In this document: positions 24,583 through 36,659 of the stretch, one piece after another
Position numbering within the stretch: the stretch's first letter is position 1
Layout: each line of letters starts with the position of its first letter
Assembly (NCBI RefSeq): GCF_036321535.1
Contig: NC_087437.1
Location: forward strand, 49,664,001 to 49,728,000
DNA from: Camelus dromedarius
Lineage: Eukaryota
Length of the DNA stretch: 64,000 bases
Direction: 5' to 3'
The notes under the pieces: generated by a model
The model's database searches: none
Seen by the model: the letters and a program-made list of their open reading frames with translations, nothing else
Told to the model about the DNA's origin: nothing
Translations under genes and position numbers: made by a program

Positions 24583-25475
24583 TTTTTTTTTTTTTTTTTT
24601 TTGGCTTTTCTTCTTTTATTGAAGTTTAGTTGCTGTACAATAATATATGAATTACAGGCATACAATATAGTGATTCACAATTTTTAAAGGTTATACTCCA
24701 TTTATAGTTATAAAATATTGGCTAAATTCTCTGTCTTGTACAATAGATCCTTGTAGCTTATTGATTTTGCACATAGTAGTCTATACCTCTTAAATCCCCA
24801 CCCCTCTCTTGCTCCTCCACCCTCTCCTCTCCTTACTGGTAACTACTAGTTTGTTGTCTGTATCTGTGAGTCTGCTTTTTTTGTTGTTGTTGTTGTTATA
24901 TTCACTACTTTGCTGTATTTTTTAGATTCCACATATAAGTGGTATCATACAGTATTTTTCTTTTTCTGTCTGACTTATTTCATTTAGCATAATGCCCTCC
25001 AAGTCCATTCGTGTTGTTGCAAATGGCAACATTTCATTATTTTTTATGGCTGAGTAGTATTCCACTGTACGTATATGCACCACATCTTTATCCAGGCATC
25101 TGTTGATGGACTGGTAGTTTGCTTCCATATCTTGGCAATTGTAAATAATGCAGCTATGAACGTTGGGGTGTATATATCTTTTTGAATTAGTGTTTCTGGT
25201 TTCTTTCGGATATATATACCTAGGAGTGGGATTGCTGGATCATTTAGGTCTTTGAAGAATCTCCATACTGTTTTCCCTAATGGCTGCACCAAACTGCATT
25301 CCCACCAACAGTGTAGGAGGGTTCTGTTTTCTCCACACCCTCTCCAGCATTTATCATTTGTAGACTTTTTGATGATGGCCATTCTGACAGGTATGAGGTG
25401 ATATCTCATTGATTTGCATTTCCCTGATGACTAGCAATGTTGAGCACCTTCTCATGTGCCTTTGGCCACCTGCAT
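24583..25475 (-). mobile_element. L1 3' portion: ORF2 C-terminus, 3' UTR and poly(A)
   Basis: Poly-T at 24583-24602. ORFs 25044-25409 ([16 protein letters not shown]...[21 protein letters not shown]) and 24922-25128 (EYYSAIK...FATT.MDLEGIMLNEISQ) are the L1 ORF2p C-terminus, frameshifted. Confidence 0.95.
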
Positions 25476-25879
25476 TTCAGAGTCCCTATTATTATTGATG
25501 GAGGGCTCAATAAAAGATAGACTATGGATTTTGAGTACTGAAAAAAGTGAAAGACAGAAAGAATGGTGTCTCCAGCAAAACTCCAGGTTCTGGAGTGATC
25601 CAAAGAAAAATTGAATATGCAGCTTGGGTCTTTTGGAATTGAAACACAGGTCCTTTCTTGAAGCAACGTTCTGTGCTGTGGTCCTCTGGCAAATACTGTC
25701 TCTCGGTGCGCTTGTGTGGGGGGAATAAATAAAATAAGGAAACTGGGGAATAAGTGAAAGAAATTTAGGGAAGAACCCTTCACCGTGTGAATGTGGGAAT
25801 TTGCTTCTGAATGCAGGTTGCTTGTCTTGTTGTCGTGAAGAACTGAAACCTGTGACATGGGAGCAGACTGTATTTTTGT

Positions 25880-26150
25880 GATTGACAATGCAGTGAAAAA
25901 TGGCCAGTTTTCAGGATCACACAGACCTGGGCTCAAATCCTAGAGCTATTATGTAATAATTGTGGGACTTTGGGTAAACTCCCTACCTCTGACCTCTATC
26001 TTCCACATCTATAAAGTGGCAGGGGAAAATGGTGAGACCCCATCCCCCACCCCCAGGTTGTCATGGGAGACAAATGAAGTGTGTACGTTTCTCAAGCCTC
26101 CAGCGTGGAGCCTGGCCTTCAGTGAGTGGAGCCGTCGCTATAACAGCTCT
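25880..26150 (+). mobile_element. MIR SINE
   Basis: 'cacagacctgggctcaaatcc...tgtgggactttgggtaaactccctacctctgacctc...catctataaagtgg'. Confidence 0.75.
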
Positions 26151-27699
26151 TGCTCAGACAAGGTGCCCACGGGCTGACTGCTGCCTCCTCTGCGCTCTGT
26201 GCCGTTCAGCACAGCCCCTTCCTAAGGCATGTATCACACCGTCTTACCCGCAGGTGCTCGTGTGCCTCCTCTATCAGATCGCCTGCTTCCCCTTGCATTC
26301 CAGAGCTGGGCGCACAGGCGCTCAGAATATGGTCAAACAGAATTTCCTTTTTAAAAATTTTTCAGTAGAAACAATAATAGTCCCCAGGCAATATTCTCTT
26401 TAAAATGTTAAATTGACTGTTTGTGGTTTTTTGTTTTGTTTTGTTTTACAGAAGAGATTATCTGAAACTACAATTGCATTTATAAGTTTCTTAAAAGTAT
26501 ACACTTCCAACTGTTTTCTCATCAAGAAAACAGAGAAATTCATAGAACCCCTTTTTTTATGGGGTCGCTGTGAGAAAATAAATGACTCAGGGTCCATGGA
26601 GGGCTCGGCACAGGCCTGGTACTGAGCAGGGGCTTAGCAAGCACTTGTGATGATTATGTCCAACTTGCTGTGTATTTGCTATTTTAGACACAGCATCTGA
26701 GGTCATTTATATCATAATTTTTATTAAAAATATGTTTATATTACAAAATTCAACATGCTTACTGCTGAAAATTTGGAAAATACCAACTCTTTAGCTTAAT
26801 GACTGGCTCCTTTCTTAGGCTTTTGTGGAGTGAGTTTGTGGTGGGTGATACTCTTCTTGGAAGATGAAAGAGAACTGGAGGTTAGAGCTGGGACCCCTAG
26901 ACAGATGTGGAAATCCTCTGGCCCAGGGCCTCTGTCTGAGCCTGGAGCACGTTTCCTGCCGAGTGGGTCTGGAGAACATTATCAGTGATGGGCCCCGCTT
27001 TTATGCTAGTCTGTTTCTGAAGCCGTCTTAATGGAACCCAAGAATTGCTCCGGAACCTCTGCTTGGGCCTGGTTGTCCGACCACTGCTGGAGTCCTTATC
27101 TGCACTCAGACTGCCTTGGCTGCTGGTCCAGGCTTCTGGTGCCTGGCCCCTTGTTCTGGTGAGGTTTGTGTAATGTTGGTTTGTAAAAGCCTTTAGGGTC
27201 AATTAGGCTACACCTCCCTTTCTGACCACACAGTTGTCTCATCAGCTGCTTGAAATACATTCTCTCACTTTAAACCTCTCAATCCCACAGGGACCCTGTC
27301 CTCTCTTCCACTCATGGAACTGACCCTTTAGTAGTGGGTCCAGTGGCTGCACGTGGAATTGGTCCATATTAGCTGCGTGGCTGCAACACATGTTCATTGT
27401 CTTCCCAATCTTTCCACAAATGAGCATCACTAAGGATACAACACCAATTACATTCTCTTAATTCGGTCTCAGAAAGAGCTTCCAAATTGGCCCCTTCCTG
27501 TCCATGCCCATTGCCTAGTCTTCTTGAAGCCCTGAAAATGTGTTCATGCCATCCTACAAAGTACTGTCAGCCTAGTCCCAACGCACATTTCCAGTTTCAT
27601 TTCCTGGAAGGAGAAGTGGTCAGTACCCAGCTGCTCCAGATCTTTTGCTGCCCGAGAGTCTATCACAAGTGTCCATAAGTCCACATCTTTTCAAAGCTG

Positions 27700-27990
27700 T
27701 TCTCTTTGCCTAGAATATTCTCCTGTGTTGGAGAAGTTCTGCTCATTTTTTTTTTTTTTCTACTCCGAATGTCATTGCAGTGACATCCTTTGTTGGTTCT
27801 GGGAAAAAATTATCCACTCCCTTCCAGGGCTCTCGGAGCTCTCCGCATTCTCTCCCATGGCCCTGATGGTGTGCTGTAATTATCGACGTACACATCTGTC
27901 TCCTCCCACTGGGCTGTGAGAAGGCACAGACAGCTCATATTCAGTGGTGTGTCCCTAGAGCCTCACACACAGTAGGTGTGCAGAGCTGGT
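27700..27990 (+). mobile_element. L2 3' fragment
   Basis: 'ctgttctctttgcctagaatattctcc', 'catctgtctcctcccactgggctgtgag...gtgtccctagagcctcacacacagtaggtg'. Confidence 0.65.
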
Positions 27991-30614
27991 AGGAGGAATA
28001 ACTATTAACTGGATAAAAGTTCTGCTCTTGTGAAATGGCCTTTAGGCTGCTGTGCTATTGTGATCTAGTGTAAAATGACAAAGTTTAAAGGGGGAAACGT
28101 TCCTGACCTGTTGCGACATACAGCAAGAGATTTTATTGCTTATTTCTGTTCTCATCTGCCATATGGCTTTCCATTCACAAACTGCTCTAGTGAGAATTAC
28201 TTTTGCAGGTAATTTTCTAATGATTGTCTTGGGATAAACAAATTTATCAGACTTGTTTGGCTAATGTATTCAAGGAGGTGCACAGGGGAAAAGATTAATC
28301 ATCTAAGAAGCAAACCGGTGTCTGTCATTAGGCGGAAGGGTCCAGAGATGATCAGAGCTGAGCGAGTGGTTGCTATGACTGCAGATATTTTCCTCTCCCT
28401 TTGTGAGGTCAACGGCAGCTCCCAAGCTGATTGGCTAAAATTAGATTATCCTGCTGACCAGCCATGGGGAGTTAATTTCATCAGAAAGAGAAAAATGGTG
28501 GGAAATCCTGCCGTGATGCTACAAAGGAATTTTCTTCAGAAACCCACAGAGTCCAAGTTTGCTTTCATTATAATTAATATGTTCCTTCTAATAAAATAAT
28601 TCAAAGGAAGCAGACAATAGCATTAGTCTATTATTTTGTGTATCCATATAAGCTTTAATCTGGTTTGTCCTCAAACCAACTCTCAAAGTTAAAGTAACCT
28701 CTATTTTCCTGTAATACCTCCATAACCAAAGATTGTCATCATGTACGTGTTTATATAATTGGAGATAAGCTAATTGTGAAAAACACAAAAGGAGCTGGCA
28801 CCATGAAAGGTATTTGCTTGCAGGACTCTTGCCCTAGGGAAGTAGTGGGTACAAAAAAACTTTGAGTCGAACCACTTACCTTTGAATTGGGAGCATAATT
28901 CAAATTGAAGGTAATCCTGCCTTCCAAAGGGTTCTTTCGTAGAAGTCATAATGGCCTATCTCTGGCTTTCTCCTTGGTACATCTTTTTTCCTGGGAATTA
29001 ATTACCATTGATCTCAGTTATTACATTTATTTCGGCACCAGAAAGTTACAGAATTAGTTAATCTTGGGAACAAGGCTATCTACAACTCAGCAAGTTATAA
29101 AACTAAGTGGATGTTAAATACAAACCAAGGAAAACCAGGATTTGTTTCTTAGCTCTTATGTGACTATGAGATAAAATATGATTAAAAGGAAGAAATGGAA
29201 TAAGAGCTACTGTTGATTGAATGATGGACAATTTACATACTTCTCCTGTCGGTATGATTGCCAAATCAATGTATTTTAAAAATCGAAATAACTTGTGGTA
29301 GTGCATTTGGTTGTGTGCTGAAGGGTCCATGAAGAGGGACCCCACATGCCCCTCTCCTGAGAGCCATGTTGAGGGGCTCAGGGATCAGTATGTACATAGA
29401 AAAGGTAATGATGAGCTCCAGGCTGCACGAAAGCACCGCCGAGCAGTAGGACAGGAGCGCCGTGGATGGAAGTGATGCAGATCCAGGCCTTCCTCCCAGA
29501 GGAGGGGGAGAAAGACGAGGCGAGCACAGCAGGACGTGTCTACCATCAGCACATCACTGAGGATGCAGGAGACAGAGGTGAAGCACAATCCTTCCATCAC
29601 CCTTGTGGTGACACTGTAGGCAGCACATCTGTCAGGTGCTCATCCTCTTCCGTCCCAGCACTCGTTCACTTCCCTACTGCACCCCTCAAAAGTCACTTAT
29701 TTTATCATTACCATCACATTAGAGTTAATGTGAGGAAATTCAACCACAGAGATTGACCCACCTAAATTTACATGATTTATTAACTGGGCAGACAAAATTT
29801 AAATCTAGTTCCTCTTGCTAGTGTTTTCTGCATGAGTTTCTGTGTATTTTACATAGGTATTATCACAGTGCCAGTTTTGTTATTTTTTCACCTGTTATGT
29901 TATCTATCAATTTAATAATCATTTTGATAGCTATATACTATTTCACTGAGTGGTTGTACCACCATTTACTTCACATTTTATTATTGCTGAACTTTAAATA
30001 TTTTCAAATTTTGGAAACTCTTTCTATATGCCTTTTCTTCCTACTCATTGATAAGTTATTAGAGTTAATTCTTAGGAATGAAAGGATGTGAAGGCTTGTG
30101 AAAAAAATTATGTTGTCAAAATCCCTCTTGTCAAAAAAAGAGGAGTTTGTTCCCACATTCCTGTCAGCATTGGGGAAGAATTATTTTAAAAAAAAACAAA
30201 AAAACCAAAAAACCACAAAACCAAAAAATGTAGATTTATAGGCAACAATAAGTTTCCCGTTTTATTATGCTTTTCTTGATGATTAATTAATTCATTTATT
30301 TGTTAAAAACACATATTTATTGAACACTTATTGATATTGAGATATGTTAGTGGGCAAAATAGATTTGTGATTACATATTTGTTTACTATTTCTATTCAGA
30401 TATTTTTATTAGAACTACCACTATGGCATCATGTGGAAGGAAGACTGATTAGACAAGAGAAAGATTTGGGGAAGGGAGACAAGGTTCAGATGCTATATTA
30501 ATAGAATGACTAAGATAAAAATATTCAGCAACCTAGCCTTTTTAAAAAGTGATATGATGTGCTTAGAATATACAGTACCACAAGCTCCATGAGTTACTTC
30601 ATCTTTATTTCTAG

Positions 30615-31860
30615 TGGAATTTCCTTAATATTTAAATTTTTGTAGGTTTTCAGTTTTTATTACAAATAGAATTATAAAGTGAATTAAGCTAATGAGCATC
30701 TCTATTGAAATATAGTTGATTTACAATGTTGCGTTACTTTCTGGTGTACAGCATGGTGATTGTCATATATATAAATATATATACATATTCTTTTTCATTC
30801 TCTTTTTCATTATAGGTTATTACAAGATATTGAATACAGTTTCCTGTGCTATAGTGTAGGACCTTGTTGTTTATCTACTGCATAAGAGTAGTTTGTGTCT
30901 GTTAATCCCAAACTCCTAATTTATCCATCTTTTCCCACCCTCTGTCTTTCCCCTTTGGTAACTATAAGTTTGTATTTTATGTCTGTGAGTCTGATTCTGG
31001 TTTGTAAATAAGTTCATTTGTCTCATTTTTTTTTTAGATTCCACATATAAGCTATATGTGATATTTGTCTTTCTCTGTTTGACTTATTTCACTTAGTCTG
31101 ATAATATTTAGATCCATACTTATTGCTGCAAATGGCATTATTTCATTCTTTTTTATGGCTGAGTAGTCTTTCATTGTATATATATGTACCACATCTCCTT
31201 TATCCAATCTTCTGTTGATGGACATTTAGGGTGCTTCCATGTTTTGGCTATTGTAAATAGTGCTGCTATGAACATTGGGGTGCATGTATCTTTTCAAATT
31301 GAAGTTTTCTCCAGATATATGCCAAGGAGTAGTTATTGGAGCATATGTAACTCTATTTTCCGTAGTGGCTGCACCAAATTACATTTCCATTAACAGTATA
31401 GAAGGGTTCCCTTTTCTCCACACCCTCTCCAGCATTTGCCTAATTAAACTTATGAGCTTTGGCACAGCAAAGGAAACCATAAACAAAACAAAAAGATAAC
31501 CTACGAACTGGGAGAAAATATTTGCTAACGATGCTACTAACAAGGGCTTAACTTCCAGAATATATAAACAGCTTATACAAGTCAATAACAAAAAAATCCA
31601 AACAATTCAATCAAAAAATGAGCAGAAGACCTAATCCGGCATTTCTCCAATGAAGATATACAGATGGCCAATAGGCAGGCACATGAAAAGGTGCTCAATA
31701 TCACTAATTATCAGAGAAACGCAGATCAAAGCTATAATAAGGTATCACCTCACAGTAGTCAGAATGGCTGTCATTAAAATGTCCACAAACGATAAATGCT
31801 GGAGAGGGTGTGGAATTTCCTGATAATGAAGATGCTATCAAATGTCCCCATCCCAAGCAG
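30615..31860 (+). pseudogene. Candidate 50-nt exon split by the L1 insertion ((L)EFPDNEDAIKCPHPKQ)
   Basis: Removing the insert and one TSD copy gives 'atctttatttctag|TGGAATTTCCTGATAATGAAGATGCTATCAAATGTCCCCATCCCAAGCAG|gtaagt': a canonical acceptor, a consensus donor, open, phase 1 to 0. Confidence 0.5.
30626..31809 (-). mobile_element. L1 insertion with 5' inversion (twin priming), 12-bp TSD and probable 3' transduction
   Basis: TSD 'gtggaatttcct' at 30614-30625 and 31810-31821. Antisense L1 3' UTR/ORF2 end at about 30703-31438, then a sense-strand upstream ORF2 segment at about 31439-31814. The 21-bp junction sequence appears in both orientations (31417-31437, 31794-31814). Confidence 0.92.
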
Positions 31861-33569
31861 GTAAGTTTAAGAGGAACTTTATAGGTAGCGGTGAGAGATT
31901 TTCAGGGCTCACTTGCATGTCTGTCTCTCTTCCAAACTTCTAATACTGTGGCTGCTGCATTGTTGTGTTGTCTAGCTTCAAATTAAGGTGGCATTTCAAG
32001 CGAGATTGATTTGGTCATGGTGAGAGATGTTGAACTTGAGTTTAGTAGCCTAAGAATAAAATTGAAGCTGTGTTGTTCCGTGGCACTGTGGGGTGGGCGG
32101 GGAGGTGGTCCTCCATCTGCCCATTGCTGGCTACAGTGTAAGCATCGTATAGTCAGTTTGTTCTTGAGTCTGGCTCTCAGGCAGTTAAGGGCTGCTTCAA
32201 AGCAGTCAGATGGCAGCACAATTGATAATTGTCATCTCAGAGAGTGGACTGTGATGAAACCAATCATAGTCTATGTTTCCACAGACCATTTATGATCGGA
32301 GACAAAAATAGCTTGCAAAACAGAAAAGGTGTTTGTTCTGAGGGCACGCATGTAGGTATTTAGCTCAGTCCCGGGTACAAAGTAAGTGCTCAATAAATAT
32401 TTGGCACTTTTGTTATTGACATTATTGCTATGTTATTATTAAATTTGCTGAAGTGCGATTTCTTTCCCTCATATTCCAAAGGCACCTAGAAGTGAAAGGG
32501 AAAAAGGAACAGCACCGCAGATGAAAGACCAGGCAGGATCGGGGGAGCTATTTTTAGGCCAGGGCTGCGGCTCTAAAGTGCAGAGGAGGGAGCAGGAAGA
32601 ATAAAGAGGCTGAGGAGGAGGGCAGAGGGGAGCTCCACGGTTAAGTGTGTGGAGTTGCGGGAGCAAATGAAAGGTCCCGGACGGAAAGAGCAGTTCAGTG
32701 GAAAAACTAAAGAAGTGTTAGCAAGTCAGGGCTCTGAAATCCCTGAGGAGTCCAGCTGCTTCAGGCTCAGCCCCATTCTAAAGCCTTCAGGTAATGAAGG
32801 CTGTGCTCACTGCTGTGGGCAGGGGGGGCAGGGATTTGCAAATGAGAACAAATTGCTCTATTGCCATGGAGAAGTTGAAGGCCGAAGCGAGCCAGGATGC
32901 GTGGCAGGTTGATGGATTTTTATTTTGTTTCCTTTACAGCAAGAGTAAGCACGAAATGCTGAGGTTTCCGTTTGTTAACTCCACAAAGGGGCCAGAACCA
33001 AACTGAAAGTTCCATGACAGGGATGGTGGCCCGAGGCCGCAAGGACCGAGGGAACTCAGCGATTGCTGAGCACTTCCTCTGAAGTCGCTGGGAGGGAGGA
33101 GGCGACATCTCAATGGTTTCTGGACACACAGGTGGTTCAGGGCCTCCAGAGAAGATGGGCAAGTGGAGTCTCTACAGCCAAACTGTGTTGCAGCCAGCCC
33201 AGAGCACTGCCAGGGTCACTGGGCTTGTGCCAGGGGAAGGGACACCGTGGTGGGTTCAGGCTTGGGACACTGCTGCCCACCCACGTGGCTTGAGGCAAGT
33301 GCCTTCACCTTGCGGCCCCTCAGTTTCTCAGTGGCCATGCCTGTAAGGTGAGAGGGCTGGGGAAGAGCCCCCTGAGTGCCACATCATGATCTAAATCCGC
33401 CTGCAGTATGGGGGCCTGGGGGACTGGGCTGAAATACTGGGAATAGGCGCTCTCTCAGGTGGACTTTCACGGGCCCCAGACCAAGGCTCTGTTTAACCCC
33501 TTCCTTGCCTCTGTGCTTTGGCCTATTAGATAGTGCTGCGGATCACTCACCCATTGTACATGTGTTTAT

Positions 33570-34060
33570 CTGTTTTGGCTGAGAGCTATTCCAGGACAGG
33601 GGCGACATTTACATGATTCAAAAGGAACAAAGGGGGATAGAGTGAAATCTGCCTCCCCCAGCCACCCATTTCCTCTTCCCACTGGCAACCAGACATCATC
33701 ATTTTCTTGAGTCTCTCTCCAGAGAAGTTTTATGCCCGTACAACAAACACATGTATATTTCCCTTCCCTCTGCTCCCAGTATCTTTTGTGGGAAAGTGGT
33801 AGTGTAACATACTCATTGTTCTGCATCTTCCACTTAATACTGTGTCTTAATGCTCTTTTTACTTAGTAGATAATATTTCCCTAGCCCTTTTTTTTAAAAA
33901 AAAAATAGCTTCATGGTATTGCATTTTATATGTATGCCATAATTTATTTAAACAGTTCCAAACTGATAAACATTTAAGTTGTTCTCAATCTTATGGGTAT
34001 TCTAAATATTGCTGCAATGAATAATCTTGCATATACGTGACTTTGCTGGTGTGCGGTGTG
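33570..34060 (-). mobile_element. L1ME-like 3' fragment
   Basis: 'atgattcaaaaggaacaaaggggg', 'atatgtatgccataatttatttaaacagttcc...gataaacatttaagttgttctcaatc...attgctgcaatgaataatcttg'. Confidence 0.7.
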
Positions 34061-35999
34061 TGATTTTGTCCCAATGAGGGCAGCGGTGGATGTCATTCAA
34101 TGTGATTTTGGAAATTCCAGTGGGGTGTCTCCCACCCAGATACTTATCCCACCAATTTAATTTGACTTTTCCAAATTCTACATCCTTATTTCTTTGCTTA
34201 AGATTTTGTATCTTATCAAAACACCAACCGACTAAGTCTTATCAGTCATTCACACTCTGTCAGGACTGCCACCCCCGAGCAGTCTTGCTGTGGAAGAGGT
34301 CAGGGAGAAGATGGCAAGGAAAAGGCTGGCAAAGGGAGACCAGAGGGAGGTAGTCAAACGTCTCCTGTTTATTACTTTTAGCTACTTTTACTCTGTTCTC
34401 AGGGAGACCTCTCTAAAGCCTGAAGTTGGTCAGATCGTGTTCTGCTTAGTGTATTTCTGTGTCCTCATCACCAGGGTCAGGGTCAGGGTCAAAGACACGT
34501 TTGGCGGAGCATCCCGGGCCTTTCACAGCCTGGCTGCTCACTGGGAGCGCTCCTTCTCTCTCAGCCTTAGCCCTCCACGTCGCAGCCGCGCTTAACTACT
34601 GTGGCCTCTCAGGTGGGCGATGTGTTCTCACCGCCGGGCCTTTGCTCCTGCAGCATCTCTACTTGGATGATTCTCCCCACTGCCTCTAGCTCTGGCAGTG
34701 CTGAGCTCAGTCATCACTCGCTCTGGGTGTTCTTTGCCATCTTGTCTCGTTTCAGCCCTGAGGGCCATTGTGTGTACCCTTTAAGGCATTTGTGCTTAAC
34801 GCCATCCAAGCAGAAATTCTTTAACCTTGTAACTGCCCTTGAAAGGTTTTTGTTTTTTTTTTTTTTTAAATTCCTACCTTAATAGCACCTTACAGGTACG
34901 AACTTTTTTTTTTTTTTCTTTTTTGTCTTTTTACCTCTGGTCCCAAAGAACAGTAGGGACTCAGGATATGTTTGGGGGGTGATAAATAATGGCAGGTCCT
35001 TCAGCCCAAGAAATGAGTAAGTCAACTGATGAAAAAGGAATGCTGGGTAGAAGGAACTAAAAACTGAATTTGATCACCATCTGGATTATTAGACCCAGAG
35101 TATTCAAAATCTGACTTTGGACTTAAAAATAGACGTTGGCTGGAATCCCTTACAAAACTAGTGCCAGAAAGTTATGTTTGACTGGTCCCTGCAGAGAATC
35201 ACCCAGTCACAAGGATGGACTCTGACTTTGCAGCCCTTTAGCCACAGCTCTTCAAGGTAGATGGCGCAGTGTGGAAGCCATCTTTTTGCTCTGTGTGGAT
35301 GCGATGCAGATGCAGATGCAGCCTGATGATGTTTTCGTTTGTGGCCATCCAGGGACTGAGAAGGGAGTGGAGGGCAGACCTGAGCCCGCCTCGTCTCTCA
35401 TGGCAGACACACGGCTGGGTGAGTTATTCTAGCATCTGTCCCTGCATATTCGACTTTGAGATGTGGGTTTGAATTGGGGAAGTTTGATTTTATAGGCCTA
35501 GGCTATGGAGATTTCATGCGCAAGTAGGGGTCCCTAAGTCACTGGCTGTAGTAAGGTTTGTCACAGGCCTGTGCTGAGGGCTGGGATGTATTTCTGCCTG
35601 GGATGTGAGTGGTGTAAGGTTAGGTAACAAAGCATTGCTTCCAGGGCCCACGGGACCAGCCCATGTCACAACTCTCTAGCTGTCTTTTCCTAGATATTAC
35701 TTCCTTTATTCTTTGAAATGTTGGATCATTCCCAGACTTACGTGCAACTTATTTGGCTTTCAGTTAAAACTTAGGCAAGCTAAGGCCTAAAGTATCTTTA
35801 ATTTTCAGTGTCATGGGTTATATAACCCCACAAGACCTCATATTATGTTGGTGTTAGGACAATATGTTTTCCTCAATCTCATACAATGTTAGTAAAAGTT
35901 TTTTCTTTATTATAGTGTGTGCATATGTGTGTACATGCACGTGATCTATGTGACCTGAGTGGCGGCCAGGATACCTGCTGAAGATCAGAGTCTGGTTAG

Positions 36000-36230
36000 G
36001 CTGATAGATGGTCCAGAATGCCTGACTTGCAGTCCTGGCTTCATACTGCTCTTATGACCCCCTTGCAAATTATTTAACATTTCTGTCACTGGTGTTGTCT
36101 TCTGATGATAATTATACCTTCATGAGATATTCTGAGGATGAAATGACCTAATATATGGAAAGTGTGTTGGCTGCTGCTTGGCCCACGGTCAATGTTCAGT
36201 ACATGGCAGTGATCATTATTATCAAGCCCC
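36000..36230 (+). mobile_element. MIR SINE
   Basis: 'cctggcttcatactgctcttatgacc...aaattatttaac...gaggatgaaatgacctaatatatggaaagtg'. Confidence 0.65.
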
Positions 36231-36330
36231 TGTACGGGATACTGGGAGTGCTTAGTGGATGAGACTTAGTGATGTGTATGAATCCTGGGTCAGGGTTTGG
36301 TGCTGAGAATATGCACCAGTTCTCACTTCT

Positions 36331-36377
36331 CTCCTCACCTCCTCACCTCCTCACCTCCTCACCTCCTCACCTCCTCA
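36331..36377. repeat. (CTCCTCAC)x~6 perfect 8-bp tandem repeat
   Basis: Five full units plus 7 nt, directly visible. Confidence 0.95.
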
Positions 36378-36659
36378 GAGGAACCTGCAGGTAGAGTAGC
36401 CAGAGCAGGGTAACTTAGCTGTCTCCTGGAGGAAAGCAAGCCATGGGGGCCGAACCCAGGCTGTGGAAGGAAGCTTGGCCAGGCAGAGAGCAGGTTTCAC
36501 GAGAGTTCAGGTGCGGATGGGTCAGCACGGGGGTGGTCAGGCTGCTAGTGCCAGTGCCACCGCTGTGGGGCTGGGGTTCTCAGTGAAGGCAGATTGTCAG
36601 GCCTAGAGAAACGGTGCCACTCAAGTCTCAGACAAAGGTCTCATCTCCATACTCTACAA

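Noticed and set aside
24922..25409. ORFs of 121 and 68 aa with protein-like sequence
   Set aside because: They are frameshifted L1 ORF2p C-terminal remnants, not host genes.
25406..25936. Longest ORF in the window (176 aa, minus strand)
   Set aside because: It starts in a MIR and ends in L1, with no recognisable domain or splice context. Consistent with chance.
31184..31591. Three overlapping ORFs
   Set aside because: They lie within the inverted L1 and are L1 sense or antisense translations.
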